DNA of 64,000 nucleotides from Eubacteriales bacterium (GCA_045657205.1 JAZOSS010000057.1:2666-66665), one strand, 5' to 3'. Positions 28,587 to 40,631 are shown, counted from the stretch's first letter. Translations and numbers: made by a program. Notes: generated from the sequence alone by a model not told the origin.

Positions 28587-28783
28587 ATTTAATTCGACTT
28601 ACAAAATTTTGCAAACTTCGACGTTTCGATGTTCATCATATAAAAAATATGAAATTTAATAATACAAGGTATGAAGGTTTTGGCTTTCATATCTTTTTAT
28701 TTTGCTTTCTTTCGGTTTTATGTTTAAAATCGGAATTTTTAAGAAAAAATAATAGCAGAACATAATCAAAAGGAGAGAGCAAA

Positions 28784-29158
28784 GTGATCATAAAAAGAGG
28801 AGATATCTTCTACGCGGATCTCTCCCCCGTTATCGGAAGCGAGCAGGGGGGACTCCGTCCAGTTTTAATAGTACAAAACGACGTCGGAAATAAATTTTCG
28901 CCAACCGTTATTGCCGCCGCAATAACGAGCAGAGTATCAAAAACAAAACTGCCGACGCACATCGGAATATACGCTGACAGCTACGGTCTTGCAAAAGATT
29001 CCGTCGTGTTGCTTGAGCAGATACGCACCCTTGACAAGCAACGCCTTAAAGAAAAGATGGGGCATCTTGACGAGGACGTGATGGAGCAGGTGAACGAAGC
29101 AATATCCGTAAGCTTCGGACTTTCGGAAAACAACCTGAACAACACTGCAATTTCTTAA
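28784..29158 (+). CDS. mazF: MazF/EndoA-type endoribonuclease toxin
   Basis: 124 aa with a GTG start after [55 protein letters not shown]...LPTH is near-collinear with B. subtilis EndoA (NdoA). Confidence 0.9.
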   Translation: MIIKRGDIFYADLSPVIGSEQGGLRPVLIVQNDVGNKFSPTVIAAAITSRVSKTKLPTHIGIYADSYGLAKDSVVLLEQIRTLDKQRLKEKMGHLDEDVMEQVNEAISVSFGLSENNLNNTAIS

Positions 29159-29169
29159 GGTGCAAAAAG

Positions 29170-30573
29170 ATGATAAACTCAACATCCATTGATGAAAAAA
29201 TACGTTTTTTTGACGATGCTTTGAGGATTTCCGAAAGCTTTGATACCGTACGCAGAGATATAATATCGTGCAACGTGCGATGCAGTTTTTATTTCGTTGA
29301 CGGTCTTACCAAAGACGAGGTAATGCTGCGTATAATGGATCTGTTTATGAAGCTGAAAGAGTTTGATACCGCCTCCGTATCATCACTTAAAGCCTTTTGC
29401 GACACGTATATACCGTACGTTGAAGTGGAAAGTGCGAAAAACGAACAGCACATGATCACTGGCGTTCTTTCGGGGATGACGGCTATGGTTGCAGACGGTA
29501 TTCCGGGTGCCGTTCTTATCGACTGCCGAACGTACCCCGTACGCGGAATAGAAGAACCGGAAAACGACAAAGTGTTAAGAGGTGCGCGTGTCGGCTTTGT
29601 CGAAACACTTGTTTTTAACGCCGCACTCATTCGCCGCCACATAAGAGATCCGAAGCTTACGATGAAGATAAAAACCGTCGGCACGTCGTCAAAAACGGAT
29701 ATCGTGCTTTGTTATCTTGACGGAAAAGCTGACAAAAAACTGCTTGAAAGTATAGAAAAAAAGCTTGATGAAATAAACGTGCCCGCACTTTCCTTATCAA
29801 GTGAGTCACTTGCGGAATGTCTTATAAAAACACGCTGGTACAACCCTTTCCCGAAAATACGGTACACAGAGCGTCCCGATGCGGCATCGGCAAGCATTAT
29901 GGAAGGAAGCATTATCGTTTTATGCGACAATTCCCCGTCAGCCATGATCCTGCCGACGTGCATATTTGATTTTTTGCAGGAAACGGACGATTACTATTTT
30001 CCTCCCCTCACAGGCACATATCTTCGCTTTGTGCGGTGTTCGGTTTTCTTTTTGACTGTATTTTTATCCCCTCTTTGGTATCTTTTAATAACGCACGACG
30101 AGTATATTCCGCGTTGGCTTGACTTTATCCGTATTGAGGAGGTATCGGGGCTTCCCGTAATAGTACAGCTCTTTTTGCTTGAATTTGCCGTTGACGGCTT
30201 GAAGCTTGCCGCACTTAACACGCCGTCTGTCCTTGCGGGGAGCTTTTCTATAATAGGCGGTCTTATACTCGGTGACTTTGCCGTTAAGGTCGGCTGGTTC
30301 GTACCCGAAACGATACTTTATACAGCCTTCGTCAGCATTGCAAACTTTGCACAGCCGAGCTACGAGCTTGGATACGCGTTCAAATTTATGCGCCTCATCC
30401 TGCTTTTGCTGACAGCTTTGTTTGAAATTTGGGGATTTATTGCAGGAGTCGTTCTGACAGTCGGTCTTATATGCACGAACAAAACGGTACAAGGACAAAG
30501 AAACTATCTTTATCCGCTCATACCGTTTAATAAAAAAGCACTCACACGGCTTTTGATAAGAAAAAAATTATAA
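29170..30573 (+). CDS. Spore germination protein, GerA-A subunit / SpoVAF family
   Basis: 467 aa with a soluble N-terminal domain and 4-5 C-terminal TM helices, as in GerAA/SpoVAF proteins. It starts 12 nt after the mazF stop. No GerB or GerC partner is adjacent. Confidence 0.8.
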   Translation: MINSTSIDEKIRFFDDALRISESFDTVRRDIISCNVRCSFYFVDGLTKDEVMLRIMDLFMKLKEFDTASVSSLKAFCDTYIPYVEVESAKNEQHMITGVLSGMTAMVADGIPGAVLIDCRTYPVRGIEEPENDKVLRGARVGFVETLVFNAALIRRHIRDPKLTMKIKTVGTSSKTDIVLCYLDGKADKKLLESIEKKLDEINVPALSLSSESLAECLIKTRWYNPFPKIRYTERPDAASASIMEGSIIVLCDNSPSAMILPTCIFDFLQETDDYYFPPLTGTYLRFVRCSVFFLTVFLSPLWYLLITHDEYIPRWLDFIRIEEVSGLPVIVQLFLLEFAVDGLKLAALNTPSVLAGSFSIIGGLILGDFAVKVGWFVPETILYTAFVSIANFAQPSYELGYAFKFMRLILLLLTALFEIWGFIAGVVLTVGLICTNKTVQGQRNYLYPLIPFNKKALTRLLIRKKL

Positions 30574-30617
30574 TCAGCACAGCTGTAATGATCGTCATTC
30601 TCGTTTTTGTGCAAAAC

Positions 30618-30657
30618 AAAAAACTTTTCCGAGCTATCGTTCGGAAAAGTTTTTTAT
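30618..30657. terminator. Bidirectional rho-independent terminator
   Basis: AAAACTTTTCCGA / TCGGAAAAGTTTT stem flanked by an A-run and a T-run, between convergent genes. Confidence 0.8.
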
Positions 30658-30658
30658 T

Positions 30659-32542
30659 TTACTGTTTATTGCCGCCGTTATACAAAGTATAATACGTTCC
30701 TTGCTGTGCTATGAGGTCATCGTGCGTTCCTCTTTCGATTATTCTGCCCTTTTCAAGCACCATTATAACGTCGGAGTTTTTGACGGTTGAAAGTCTGTGA
30801 GCTATTACAAAGACCGTTCTTCCCTTCATAAGACTGTCCATACCTGCCGCAACTATTGCTTCGGTTCTCGTGTCGATGCTTGAGGTCGCCTCGTCAAGTA
30901 TCAAAACGGGAGGATCGGCAACTGCCGCACGCGCTATTGCAATAAGCTGTCTTTGTCCCTGTGAAAGGCTCGCGCCGTCTGCCGTAAGCATCGTATTATA
31001 TCCGTCGGGCAAATGGCTTATGAAGTAGTCTGCATTTACAAGCTTTGCGGCTGCCACTACTTCTTCGTCCGTTGCATCGAGTCTGCCGTAACGGATATTA
31101 TCAGCAACGGTACCTGTAAAAAGGTGCGTTTCCTGAAGCACGACGCCGAGCGAACGGCGGAGGTCCGCTTTCTTTATCTTATTGATATTTATTCCGTCGT
31201 AACGTATCTTGCCGTCCTGTATATCGTAAAATCTGTTTATGAGATTCGTTATCGTCGTTTTACCTGCGCCTGTTGCTCCGACGAACGCCACCTTCTGTCC
31301 CGGACGTGCGTAAAGCTTGATATCGTGAAGAACGATCTTTTCGTCGGTATAACCGAAGTCAACGCCGTCGAACACGACGTCACCTGCCAAAGGCGTGTAC
31401 GTAACGCTTCCGTCAGCCTTATGCGGATGGCGCCAAGCCCATTTGCCCGTACGTTCCTTCGTTTCGACGATTTTGCCGTTTTCTTCCTTGCAGTTGACAA
31501 GGGTAACGTATCCGTCATCCTGCTCTGCAGGCTCGTCAAGAAGTGCGAATATTCTTTCAGCACCCGCGACTGCCATAATTATTGAGTTTATCTGCTGTGA
31601 TATCTGCGATATCGGCATATTGAACGTTCTTGTAAACTGCAAAAACGGAACGAGCGAAGCGACACCGAAGCCGCCGACGCCTTTTATCGCCATAACGCCG
31701 CCGACGATAGCAACAAGCACGTAGTTTAAATAACCGAGGTTGCCCATTATCGGCATTACGATATTTGCAAAGCCGTTTGCATTTTTCGTCGTAACGTAAA
31801 GCTCGTCGTTGAGCTTTTCAAACACTTCCGTCGCATCGTCTTCATAGTTGAAGACCTTGACCACCTTCTGTCCGTCCGTCATTTCCTCGATATAGCCGTT
31901 GACGGCACCGAGATTTTTCTGCGTTGCACGGAAAAATTTTGCACTTTTCCCACCGAGGACTCTCGTTATTACGACAGCAAAGAAAACGACGGTAAGTGCG
32001 AGAACTGTCAGAAGCGGTGAAAGGATGAGCATTGATATCACCGAGGATATGATAGTTGCAGTTGATGATATAAGGTTCGGTATACTCTGGCTTATGAGCT
32101 GGCGGAGAGTGTCCGTATCGTTTGTATAAACGCTCATAATATCGCCGTGGGAGTTTTTATCGAAATATCTTATAGGGAGCTTCTGCATATGCTCAAACAA
32201 GTCGTCACGTATCTTTTTAAGCGTACCCTGGCAAATATTTACCATTATTCTGTTTGAGCCGAAGACCGACAAAACGCCGATACCGTACGCCCCTGCGACC
32301 TTTGCAAGCTCTTTTAAAAGATCGTTGAACGTAGGAGCTGTTTCGGGTGTTTTCATCATAGGCTCGATGAAGTCGGCAATGAGCGTTTTGAAGAACATCG
32401 TTCCGTAAGCTGTCGTTACTGCACTTGCGATAAGGCACAAAAACACGAGTAAGCACATCACGGGATAATCGGATATAACGAAGCGCAGCACACGCATCAC
32501 CGTGGGAATGGGATTTCGTTTTTTCATTTTCATATTATTCAT
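30659..32542 (-). CDS. ABC exporter, fused permease/ATPase subunit (type I, multidrug/lipid-like)
   Basis: 627 aa with six N-terminal TM helices, Walker A GATGAGKTT, signature LSQGQRQ and Walker B LILDEATSSID. Confidence 0.88.
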   Translation of the reverse strand: MNNMKMKKRNPIPTVMRVLRFVISDYPVMCLLVFLCLIASAVTTAYGTMFFKTLIADFIEPMMKTPETAPTFNDLLKELAKVAGAYGIGVLSVFGSNRIMVNICQGTLKKIRDDLFEHMQKLPIRYFDKNSHGDIMSVYTNDTDTLRQLISQSIPNLISSTATIISSVISMLILSPLLTVLALTVVFFAVVITRVLGGKSAKFFRATQKNLGAVNGYIEEMTDGQKVVKVFNYEDDATEVFEKLNDELYVTTKNANGFANIVMPIMGNLGYLNYVLVAIVGGVMAIKGVGGFGVASLVPFLQFTRTFNMPISQISQQINSIIMAVAGAERIFALLDEPAEQDDGYVTLVNCKEENGKIVETKERTGKWAWRHPHKADGSVTYTPLAGDVVFDGVDFGYTDEKIVLHDIKLYARPGQKVAFVGATGAGKTTITNLINRFYDIQDGKIRYDGININKIKKADLRRSLGVVLQETHLFTGTVADNIRYGRLDATDEEVVAAAKLVNADYFISHLPDGYNTMLTADGASLSQGQRQLIAIARAAVADPPVLILDEATSSIDTRTEAIVAAGMDSLMKGRTVFVIAHRLSTVKNSDVIMVLEKGRIIERGTHDDLIAQQGTYYTLYNGGNKQ

Positions 32543-34277
32543 CGAAATCAGCTCCCTTCATCTGTGATTCATATACTTCGCGGTAGATATCGTTAGTTTC
32601 AAGAAGCTCGTCGTGCTTGCCGACAGCGTTTATTTTTCCTTCGTCAAGCACGATTATCATATCGGCATCGCACACGGAGGATATACGCTGAGCGATGATT
32701 ATTTTCGTAACATCGGGGATATATTCGGCAAATGCTTTTCTTATCTTTGCATCCGTTGACGTATCGACGGCACTCGTTGAGTCGTCAAGTATGAGCACCT
32801 TGGGGGATTTAAGAAGCGCACGCGCGATGCAAATACGCTGCTTCTGACCGCCCGATACGTTTGTACCGCCTCGGTCGATCATCGTATCGTAGCCGTCGGG
32901 AAAGGACATAATAAAGTCGTGCGCCTGTGCCGATTTACACGCTGATACGATCTGCTCGTCGGTTGCATTTTTATTTCCCCAGCGGAGATTATCCTTTATA
33001 GTACCCGAAAAAAGGACGTTTTTCTGAAGCACCATCGAAACGGCATCGCGCAAGTCTTTTATACTGTAATTTCTTACGTCAACGCCGCCGACTCTGACAC
33101 TTCCGCGTGTTGTGTCGTAGAGTCTTGGAATAAGCTGAACAAGCGTTGTTTTGCCGCTTCCCGTACCGCCGATAACACCGACGACAGCACCCGAGGGAAT
33201 AGTGATGTTTATGTGTTCAAGATTGAGATTTTCTTCGTTTTTGGAATATGAGAAGCAAACGTCGTCAAACACTATTTCGCCGTTTTTGACTTCCGTTACG
33301 GGATTTTCGGGATCTTTTATATCTATTTCTTCGTCAAGCACCTGCATAATACGCTCGGCAGATGACTTTGACATCGTCATCATAACGAACACCATAGATA
33401 TCATCATAAGGTTCATAAGCACGTTTATGGTGTAGGAAAGGAAGCTTGTAAGATCGCCCGTTGACATTTCCGTACCGTTTGAATTTACGATTATATGAGC
33501 ACCGAACCAGCATATGAGTATCATACATACGTTCATCGTAAGGTTCATAACGGGGCCGTTCATTATGACGACCTTTTCGGCGTTTACGAATCCTTTATAT
33601 ATGAAATCGGATGCCTTGTGGAATTTTTTCGTTTCGTAATCTTCTCTTACGTACGATTTTACGACGCGCACGCCCGTCAGGTTTTCCTGCACGCTTTCGT
33701 TGAGCTTGTCGTATTTTTCAAATACGAATCTGAATCGCGGGAAGGCTTTAGTTGCCACTATTATAAGGATGCTTCCCAAAAAGAGTATCGCGCCGATATA
33801 CATAAGGGACAGTCTTTTGTTTATGCGGAACGCCATGATAAGCGCCATTGTGAGCATAAGAGGCGCACGCACGCATATGCGTATCATCATCTGGAAGGAC
33901 ATCTGGACGTTAGTAACGTCCGTCGTCATTCTCGTCACAAGTCCCGACGTTGCAAATTTATCCGTGTTTGCAAACGAAAAGCTCTGTATTTTTTTGAAAA
34001 TATCGAATCTGAGATTTTTTGCAAAGCCTGCGGAGGCTTTCGATGCCGTCATAGCACCCGATGCACCGAAGGCAAGGGACAGCATCGCCATAAGTATCAT
34101 CAGAAGTCCCGTTGTGACTATGTGGTTTATATCGCTTTTTTCAACGCCGTCGTCAATAATTGACGCCATAAGATACGGTATCATTATTTCAAGGGCGACC
34201 TCTCCCATAATGAGCAAGGGTGTTATGAGAGTTACTTTTTTAAATTCCCCGATATATCGGGCAAGCTTTTTTATCAT
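32535..34277 (-). CDS. ABC exporter, fused permease/ATPase subunit (heterodimer partner)
   Basis: 580 aa with Walker A GGTGSGKTT, signature VSGGQKQ and Walker B LILDDSTSAVD. It overlaps the downstream partner by 8 nt. Confidence 0.88.
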   Translation of the reverse strand: MIKKLARYIGEFKKVTLITPLLIMGEVALEIMIPYLMASIIDDGVEKSDINHIVTTGLLMILMAMLSLAFGASGAMTASKASAGFAKNLRFDIFKKIQSFSFANTDKFATSGLVTRMTTDVTNVQMSFQMMIRICVRAPLMLTMALIMAFRINKRLSLMYIGAILFLGSILIIVATKAFPRFRFVFEKYDKLNESVQENLTGVRVVKSYVREDYETKKFHKASDFIYKGFVNAEKVVIMNGPVMNLTMNVCMILICWFGAHIIVNSNGTEMSTGDLTSFLSYTINVLMNLMMISMVFVMMTMSKSSAERIMQVLDEEIDIKDPENPVTEVKNGEIVFDDVCFSYSKNEENLNLEHINITIPSGAVVGVIGGTGSGKTTLVQLIPRLYDTTRGSVRVGGVDVRNYSIKDLRDAVSMVLQKNVLFSGTIKDNLRWGNKNATDEQIVSACKSAQAHDFIMSFPDGYDTMIDRGGTNVSGGQKQRICIARALLKSPKVLILDDSTSAVDTSTDAKIRKAFAEYIPDVTKIIIAQRISSVCDADMIIVLDEGKINAVGKHDELLETNDIYREVYESQMKGADFDE

Positions 34278-34732
34278 ATCGTCTTTTGTTTCCTTTCGTT
34301 GTTTTCAAGTGAGGTAAGACAGCCGTCAAGATTGTCAAGAAGTGAAAAAAGTTCTTTTTTCTGTTCATCCGTTATCGTACGGCAAAGCTCGTTTTCAGCC
34401 TCGTGTATTATATCACGAACACGCAGATGTGCCGTGTATCCTGCGGATGTGAGATGAATACGTTTAAGACGTGCATCTTTTTCGTCTGAACATCTCGTTA
34501 TAAAGCCGTTCTTTTCCATAAGCTGTAATATCGTCGTAACGGAGGAACGGCGGATGCCGAATTCGCACTCGATATCTTTTTGATAGACCGGCTCATCACC
34601 CTTGCGTACCAAAAAATAAATTATCATCGACTGCATATGCGTAACGCCGTATTCCGATATCCTGTTGTCGATATATCTGCGCAGATGATTTGACACGTTA
34701 CTAAGGCGCTTGCCTATGTGCTCTGCATGCAA
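34274..34732 (-). CDS. MarR family transcriptional regulator
   Basis: A winged-HTH core is present (QSMIIYFLVRKGDEPVYQKDIECEFGIRRSSVTTILQLMEKNGFI). The start is set at TTG 34732 after AGAGGGA, because the track start at 34795 coincides with the promoter TTGAAA-17-TAGAAT. It overlaps the ABC gene by 4 nt. Confidence 0.78.
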   Translation of the reverse strand: MHAEHIGKRLSNVSNHLRRYIDNRISEYGVTHMQSMIIYFLVRKGDEPVYQKDIECEFGIRRSSVTTILQLMEKNGFITRCSDEKDARLKRIHLTSAGYTAHLRVRDIIHEAENELCRTITDEQKKELFSLLDNLDGCLTSLENNERKQKTI

Positions 34733-34929
34733 AAATATCCCTCTTTCTTTTGTTAGTTTTCTAATTATTCTACCGCAATTATTTTTTCGTTTCAATATAT
34801 TATAATGGTAATATTTGTGAACAAAGAAAAGTTTTATTAAATATTTTATGTATATAAAAAAGTCACGTCTTGACTTTTTCCGCCGTTTGATATATCATAT
34901 AGCCGTGGTTTTAAAAAGGAGTATCAAAA

Positions 34930-36009
34930 ATGGCTAAAAAAACAAAAAAGACCCCCTGGGGACTTATAAAAGCATATCTTAACAGAGTTTTTATTGATGG
35001 GCTTTCGGGAATGGCTCTCGGACTTTTTGCAACGCTTATCGTCGGTACGATATTAAAACAGCTCGGAGAATATATTCCGGGTGATATCGGCATCATACTT
35101 GAAAAAACGGGTGCTGTTGCACAGATAGCAACGGGTGCCGGTATCGGCTGCGGAGTTGCAACGAAGCTTTCGGCAAAACCGCTCGTCGTTTTTTCATCTG
35201 CCGTGTGCGGACTCGTCGGTGCATTTGCCGCAAAGCTTCCGTATATGAACGGTGTGTCGCTTTCGGGCCCGGGCGATCCTCTCAACGCATTTATCGCCGC
35301 ATACGTTTGTGTTGAAATAGGCGCACTTATAGCGGGAAAAACGAAGATAGATATAATCCTCACCCCCGTCGTATCCGTCTTTTGCGGAAGCTTCATCGGT
35401 TTTGTAACGGGTGATGAAATAGCGGAATTTAACGCCTTTTTGGGAGGACTTGTCGAATACGGAGTCGAATCGCGTCCGATCCTTGCAGGTATCATCGTTT
35501 CCGTACTTATGGGAATGTTTCTGACTCTTCCGATAAGCTCGGCGGCGATCGGTGTCATTCTCGGTCTTTCGGGGATCGCCGCAGGTGCGGCAACGGTCGG
35601 CTGCTGTGCCAATATGATAGGTTTTGCAGTTATAAGCTACCGTGAAAATAAAATGGGCGGACTTCTTGCCCAGGGACTCGGCACAAGTATGCTCCAGATG
35701 CCGAATATATTGAAAAGGCCCCTGATATGGCTGCCGCCTATAATCACAAGCGCCATACTCGGACCTTTGTCAACTGTCGTATTCAAAATGACGAACTCCC
35801 CCGCAGGCTCGGGAATGGGTACGGCAGGTCTTGTAGGACCGTTGCTTTCGTTTGCGGATATGACGTCCCACGGAGGATCCACAGTATCCGTACTTATAAA
35901 AATAGCCTTGATGTACTTTATCCTCCCCGCTGTTTTAAGCCTTGCCATATCCGAAGGAATGAGAAAAGCAGGCTTTATAAAGCAGGGAGATATGAAGCTC
36001 GATTTATAA
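34930..36009 (+). CDS. PTS EIIC-like integral membrane protein (PfoR family)
   Basis: 359 aa, polytopic and glycine-rich. N-terminus KAYLNRVFIDGLSGMALGLFATLIVGTILKQLG. AAAGGAG RBS. Confidence 0.7.
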   Translation: MAKKTKKTPWGLIKAYLNRVFIDGLSGMALGLFATLIVGTILKQLGEYIPGDIGIILEKTGAVAQIATGAGIGCGVATKLSAKPLVVFSSAVCGLVGAFAAKLPYMNGVSLSGPGDPLNAFIAAYVCVEIGALIAGKTKIDIILTPVVSVFCGSFIGFVTGDEIAEFNAFLGGLVEYGVESRPILAGIIVSVLMGMFLTLPISSAAIGVILGLSGIAAGAATVGCCANMIGFAVISYRENKMGGLLAQGLGTSMLQMPNILKRPLIWLPPIITSAILGPLSTVVFKMTNSPAGSGMGTAGLVGPLLSFADMTSHGGSTVSVLIKIALMYFILPAVLSLAISEGMRKAGFIKQGDMKLDL

Positions 36010-36034
36010 CAGACCGCATTGACGTTGTGCATAT

Positions 36035-36074
36035 AAAAATCCACCGTTGTCTTTTGGCAAAGGTGGATTTTTTA
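36035..36074. terminator. Bidirectional rho-independent terminator
   Basis: AAATCCACC / GGTGGATTT stem with an A-run upstream and a T-run downstream, between convergent genes. Confidence 0.75.
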
Positions 36075-36075
36075 T

Positions 36076-37461
36076 TTAACCGTTCTTTTTGCGCTTCATC
36101 ATAGCAACCGCCATAACAATTGAAAATATAATTGCTATCGCTGATAATACGATAGATACTACTGCGATTATAATTATTACAATGTTTTTATTTGAAGAAG
36201 ATTCTTCATTTTTTTCATCATCATCTTTATTTTCATATTTATCGTTTTCTTCGTCTTCATTTTCATCCATTTCAAAAATATTTTCGTCGGAGGTGTCTTC
36301 GTCATCTTCCGTTGCAAAGTCATCAGTCGTAATCTCCGGTATAAAACCTTCCGTTACAGCAGGATATGTTACCGGTGCATCCGTTACGTAAGGATCTGAC
36401 ACCGGAGGATTTGTCGCCGGGGGATTTGTCACCGGAGGATTTGTCACCGGAGGATTTGTCACGGGCGGTTGCGTTTCCTGTGACGATGTTGTCGGAGGCT
36501 TCATTCCATGTTCTTTATCCCACTCGCTCCAATCGACATTTTTGAAGATCGTCTTCAGCTCGTCTACAGTATATTTCGTAACCGTTTTATTGTTTGTATT
36601 TTCGCCTTTCTTGAAAAATTTAAAAATGATATCGTGAGAGGCGGTCGTCCAGTCGTCGTGATCACCATCGGCCGTGAGCGTTTTGGCTGTTTTTGGGAAT
36701 GTGTCGTCCACCCATCTGTTATCAACATACATGATCATAGCTTCCACAAATGCTTTTGTTCTGTCTGCACTATAAGGATCGAACACAGAGCAGAAGCCTG
36801 CTTCTGTATAATAATCGATTATATCGTATACTCTGTCCTTTGTAGCAATAAGACTCCAGGGAAGGATAACTTCCATATCCCAGCCGTTTTCCGTTACTTT
36901 ATATGCGCCCTTATAACCCGCTTCTGTGATACGTGTCTGGTCGTCGTTAATACCGTCCTGCCAGTTGTGCTTACGGGCCTGAACTTCACCTATATCACCT
37001 ACAGCAGGAGTTGTGCCTTCGGTGCAAACGGGATAGAAGGAGAAGAAGAGACCGGCAGCTTTGTCATATATAAGTCCGCAAGGATTGAAAGCAATCTGGA
37101 ATCTGTCCTGATATACGCCTATATCGTCCGGATCATCTGCCTTGAGTGTTGTGAACGTGAGCGTGTTATCAATAATTCTTGCAGCCATATAAAATCCATC
37201 ATTGCCCCAAGAACAGAAAAACTGAATTTCACCGGGATATTCTGTCGTCCACGTTACCATGTTCGTTTTGCAACTGAGCAAAAGGCTGTTTGTTTCGCTC
37301 CATTCGGAGGAGTTGATGTTGCCGTCGATCTTGATCTTATTCGATTCGGTGTACGTAACCGGAACAAAACCGATACCGAGGTTTGAGGGGGCTGCATACG
37401 CTGTGACGGTTGCAGTAAGTATCATTACCGCAACGATGATGAATAAAACTGTTTTTTTCAT
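36076..37461 (-). CDS. Secreted, C-terminally membrane-anchored protein with a Pro/Thr repeat linker (possible CBM9-like sugar-binding domain)
   Basis: The start is at ATG 37461 (MKKTVLFIIVAVMILTATVTAYA signal peptide) after AAGGAGA. Features in order are PPVTN x4, an acidic Asp/Glu/Asn run, and a terminal TM helix plus KRKKNG. The IDGNINSSEWSE segment recalls CBM9/DOMON folds, but the match is weak. Confidence 0.7.
   Translation of the reverse strand: MKKTVLFIIVAVMILTATVTAYAAPSNLGIGFVPVTYTESNKIKIDGNINSSEWSETNSLLLSCKTNMVTWTTEYPGEIQFFCSWGNDGFYMAARIIDNTLTFTTLKADDPDDIGVYQDRFQIAFNPCGLIYDKAAGLFFSFYPVCTEGTTPAVGDIGEVQARKHNWQDGINDDQTRITEAGYKGAYKVTENGWDMEVILPWSLIATKDRVYDIIDYYTEAGFCSVFDPYSADRTKAFVEAMIMYVDNRWVDDTFPKTAKTLTADGDHDDWTTASHDIIFKFFKKGENTNNKTVTKYTVDELKTIFKNVDWSEWDKEHGMKPPTTSSQETQPPVTNPPVTNPPVTNPPATNPPVSDPYVTDAPVTYPAVTEGFIPEITTDDFATEDDEDTSDENIFEMDENEDEENDKYENKDDDEKNEESSSNKNIVIIIIAVVSIVLSAIAIIFSIVMAVAMMKRKKNG
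36401..36460. repeat. 15-bp tandem repeat x4 (encodes PPVTN units)
   Basis: ACCGGAGGATTTGTC repeated at 36401, 36416 (2-3 mismatches), 36431 and 36446. It lies in frame inside the CDS. Confidence 0.9.
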
Positions 37462-37512
37462 TGATTTCTCCTTGAAATCTAAATATTTTCCGCACAATTA
37501 ATATTATAAAAT

Positions 37513-38424
37513 TCAGTGCGTTAATTTCAAATGAATACGTGCCGTATCGGCTATCACGTTAAGATCGTACGCTTTGTCTTGCCAACCGCCGAATGTAAGG
37601 GTAACTTCCTTAGGCTTGCCCTTTTCAAGCGTTACGGTCTTATTTGACGTTTTGGCAAACTCACCGTTTTCGTTTTGCGGCACTGCCTCTATTTTAATCG
37701 TCGTATCCTCTTGTGAGGTAACGGTGACAGTTATCGAATTTACACCGTTTTCAGGTGTGGCGTCGCTGCTTGTTTCAACACTTTTTATATCGAGGGAAAG
37801 CATCCCTTCGTCTTCAAACACACGTTTAAGCTCGACGTTCGTTCCCGAATACGTACCGTATAGGGTGTTTCTGGGATAGTATGTCCAAAGCTCGTTTAAA
37901 AGCTGTACAAGCTCCTCGCTGTAGGAAAGCACGTCACCCTCCGTGTAATGCCCTTCGACTGTACATATTTCCTTTTTTTCGGGTGATATACGGTATATTT
38001 TGCCTTCCGTTTCTATCCAGAACGTACCTTCGGGTGCTTTGCATATCTCAGACGGCATAAAGCTGAACGCCTCGTCTGTGATCTTTTCGCTTTTTTCGTT
38101 TGTCGGTGTAAGTGAAAAAAGCATATCTTCAAATATTTTACCGTACTGTCCCTTTATTTCCTTCTTGCTGACCGGCAAAGATTTTTTCGTACAGCACAGA
38201 AGAAGAAACGATGCTTCTTCCGTTTCCTCATCTTCCTTTGATGACGTATCCGTATCCTTATTTTCAGCAGTGGTATCTGTGGGTCTGCTTACGGCCTCAT
38301 CCTCTTTGTAGTATATATTTTCTTCCGTTTCGTTCGTGTTTTGTTCAGTTTTGACGTTTGTGCAGGAGGAAAGTGACACGGCAATTGCCAGAAGAAACAA
38401 AAAAATTCTTACGTATTTTTTCAT
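37513..38424 (-). CDS. Hypothetical lipoprotein
   Basis: 303 aa with a signal peptide and lipobox (LAIAVSLSSC), followed by an acidic Thr/Glu-rich linker. Confidence 0.7.
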   Translation of the reverse strand: MKKYVRIFLFLLAIAVSLSSCTNVKTEQNTNETEENIYYKEDEAVSRPTDTTAENKDTDTSSKEDEETEEASFLLLCCTKKSLPVSKKEIKGQYGKIFEDMLFSLTPTNEKSEKITDEAFSFMPSEICKAPEGTFWIETEGKIYRISPEKKEICTVEGHYTEGDVLSYSEELVQLLNELWTYYPRNTLYGTYSGTNVELKRVFEDEGMLSLDIKSVETSSDATPENGVNSITVTVTSQEDTTIKIEAVPQNENGEFAKTSNKTVTLEKGKPKEVTLTFGGWQDKAYDLNVIADTARIHLKLTH

Positions 38425-38533
38425 AAAAGCTCCATTTATATTTTGTATTATATAATATACATCATTGATTTCATTTTGTCAAGTCACGGTACGCACCGTG
38501 TAAAATCGGTAATTTTTGTTAAATAAATGTTAA

Positions 38534-38941
<408 letters not shown>

Positions 38942-38954
38942 CACATCCACATAA

Positions 38955-40601
<1,647 letters not shown>

Positions 40602-40631
40602 TAAGCCCAAAAGGCAACCGCGTAACTGAAT

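Noticed and set aside
28583-28765. 60-aa ORF upstream of mazF, considered as a possible MazE antitoxin.
   Set aside because: It has a TTG start with no RBS and a hydrophobic, low-complexity sequence with no RHH or AbrB-like features. It spans the yafQ terminator hairpin and ends 19 nt before mazF rather than overlapping it.
36401-36460. Short direct repeats, considered as a CRISPR-like array. The same question applies to 52237-52296.
   Set aside because: The periods are 15 and 12 bp with no spacers. The repeats are in frame inside CDSs and encode PPVTN and VTD[RK] peptide repeats.
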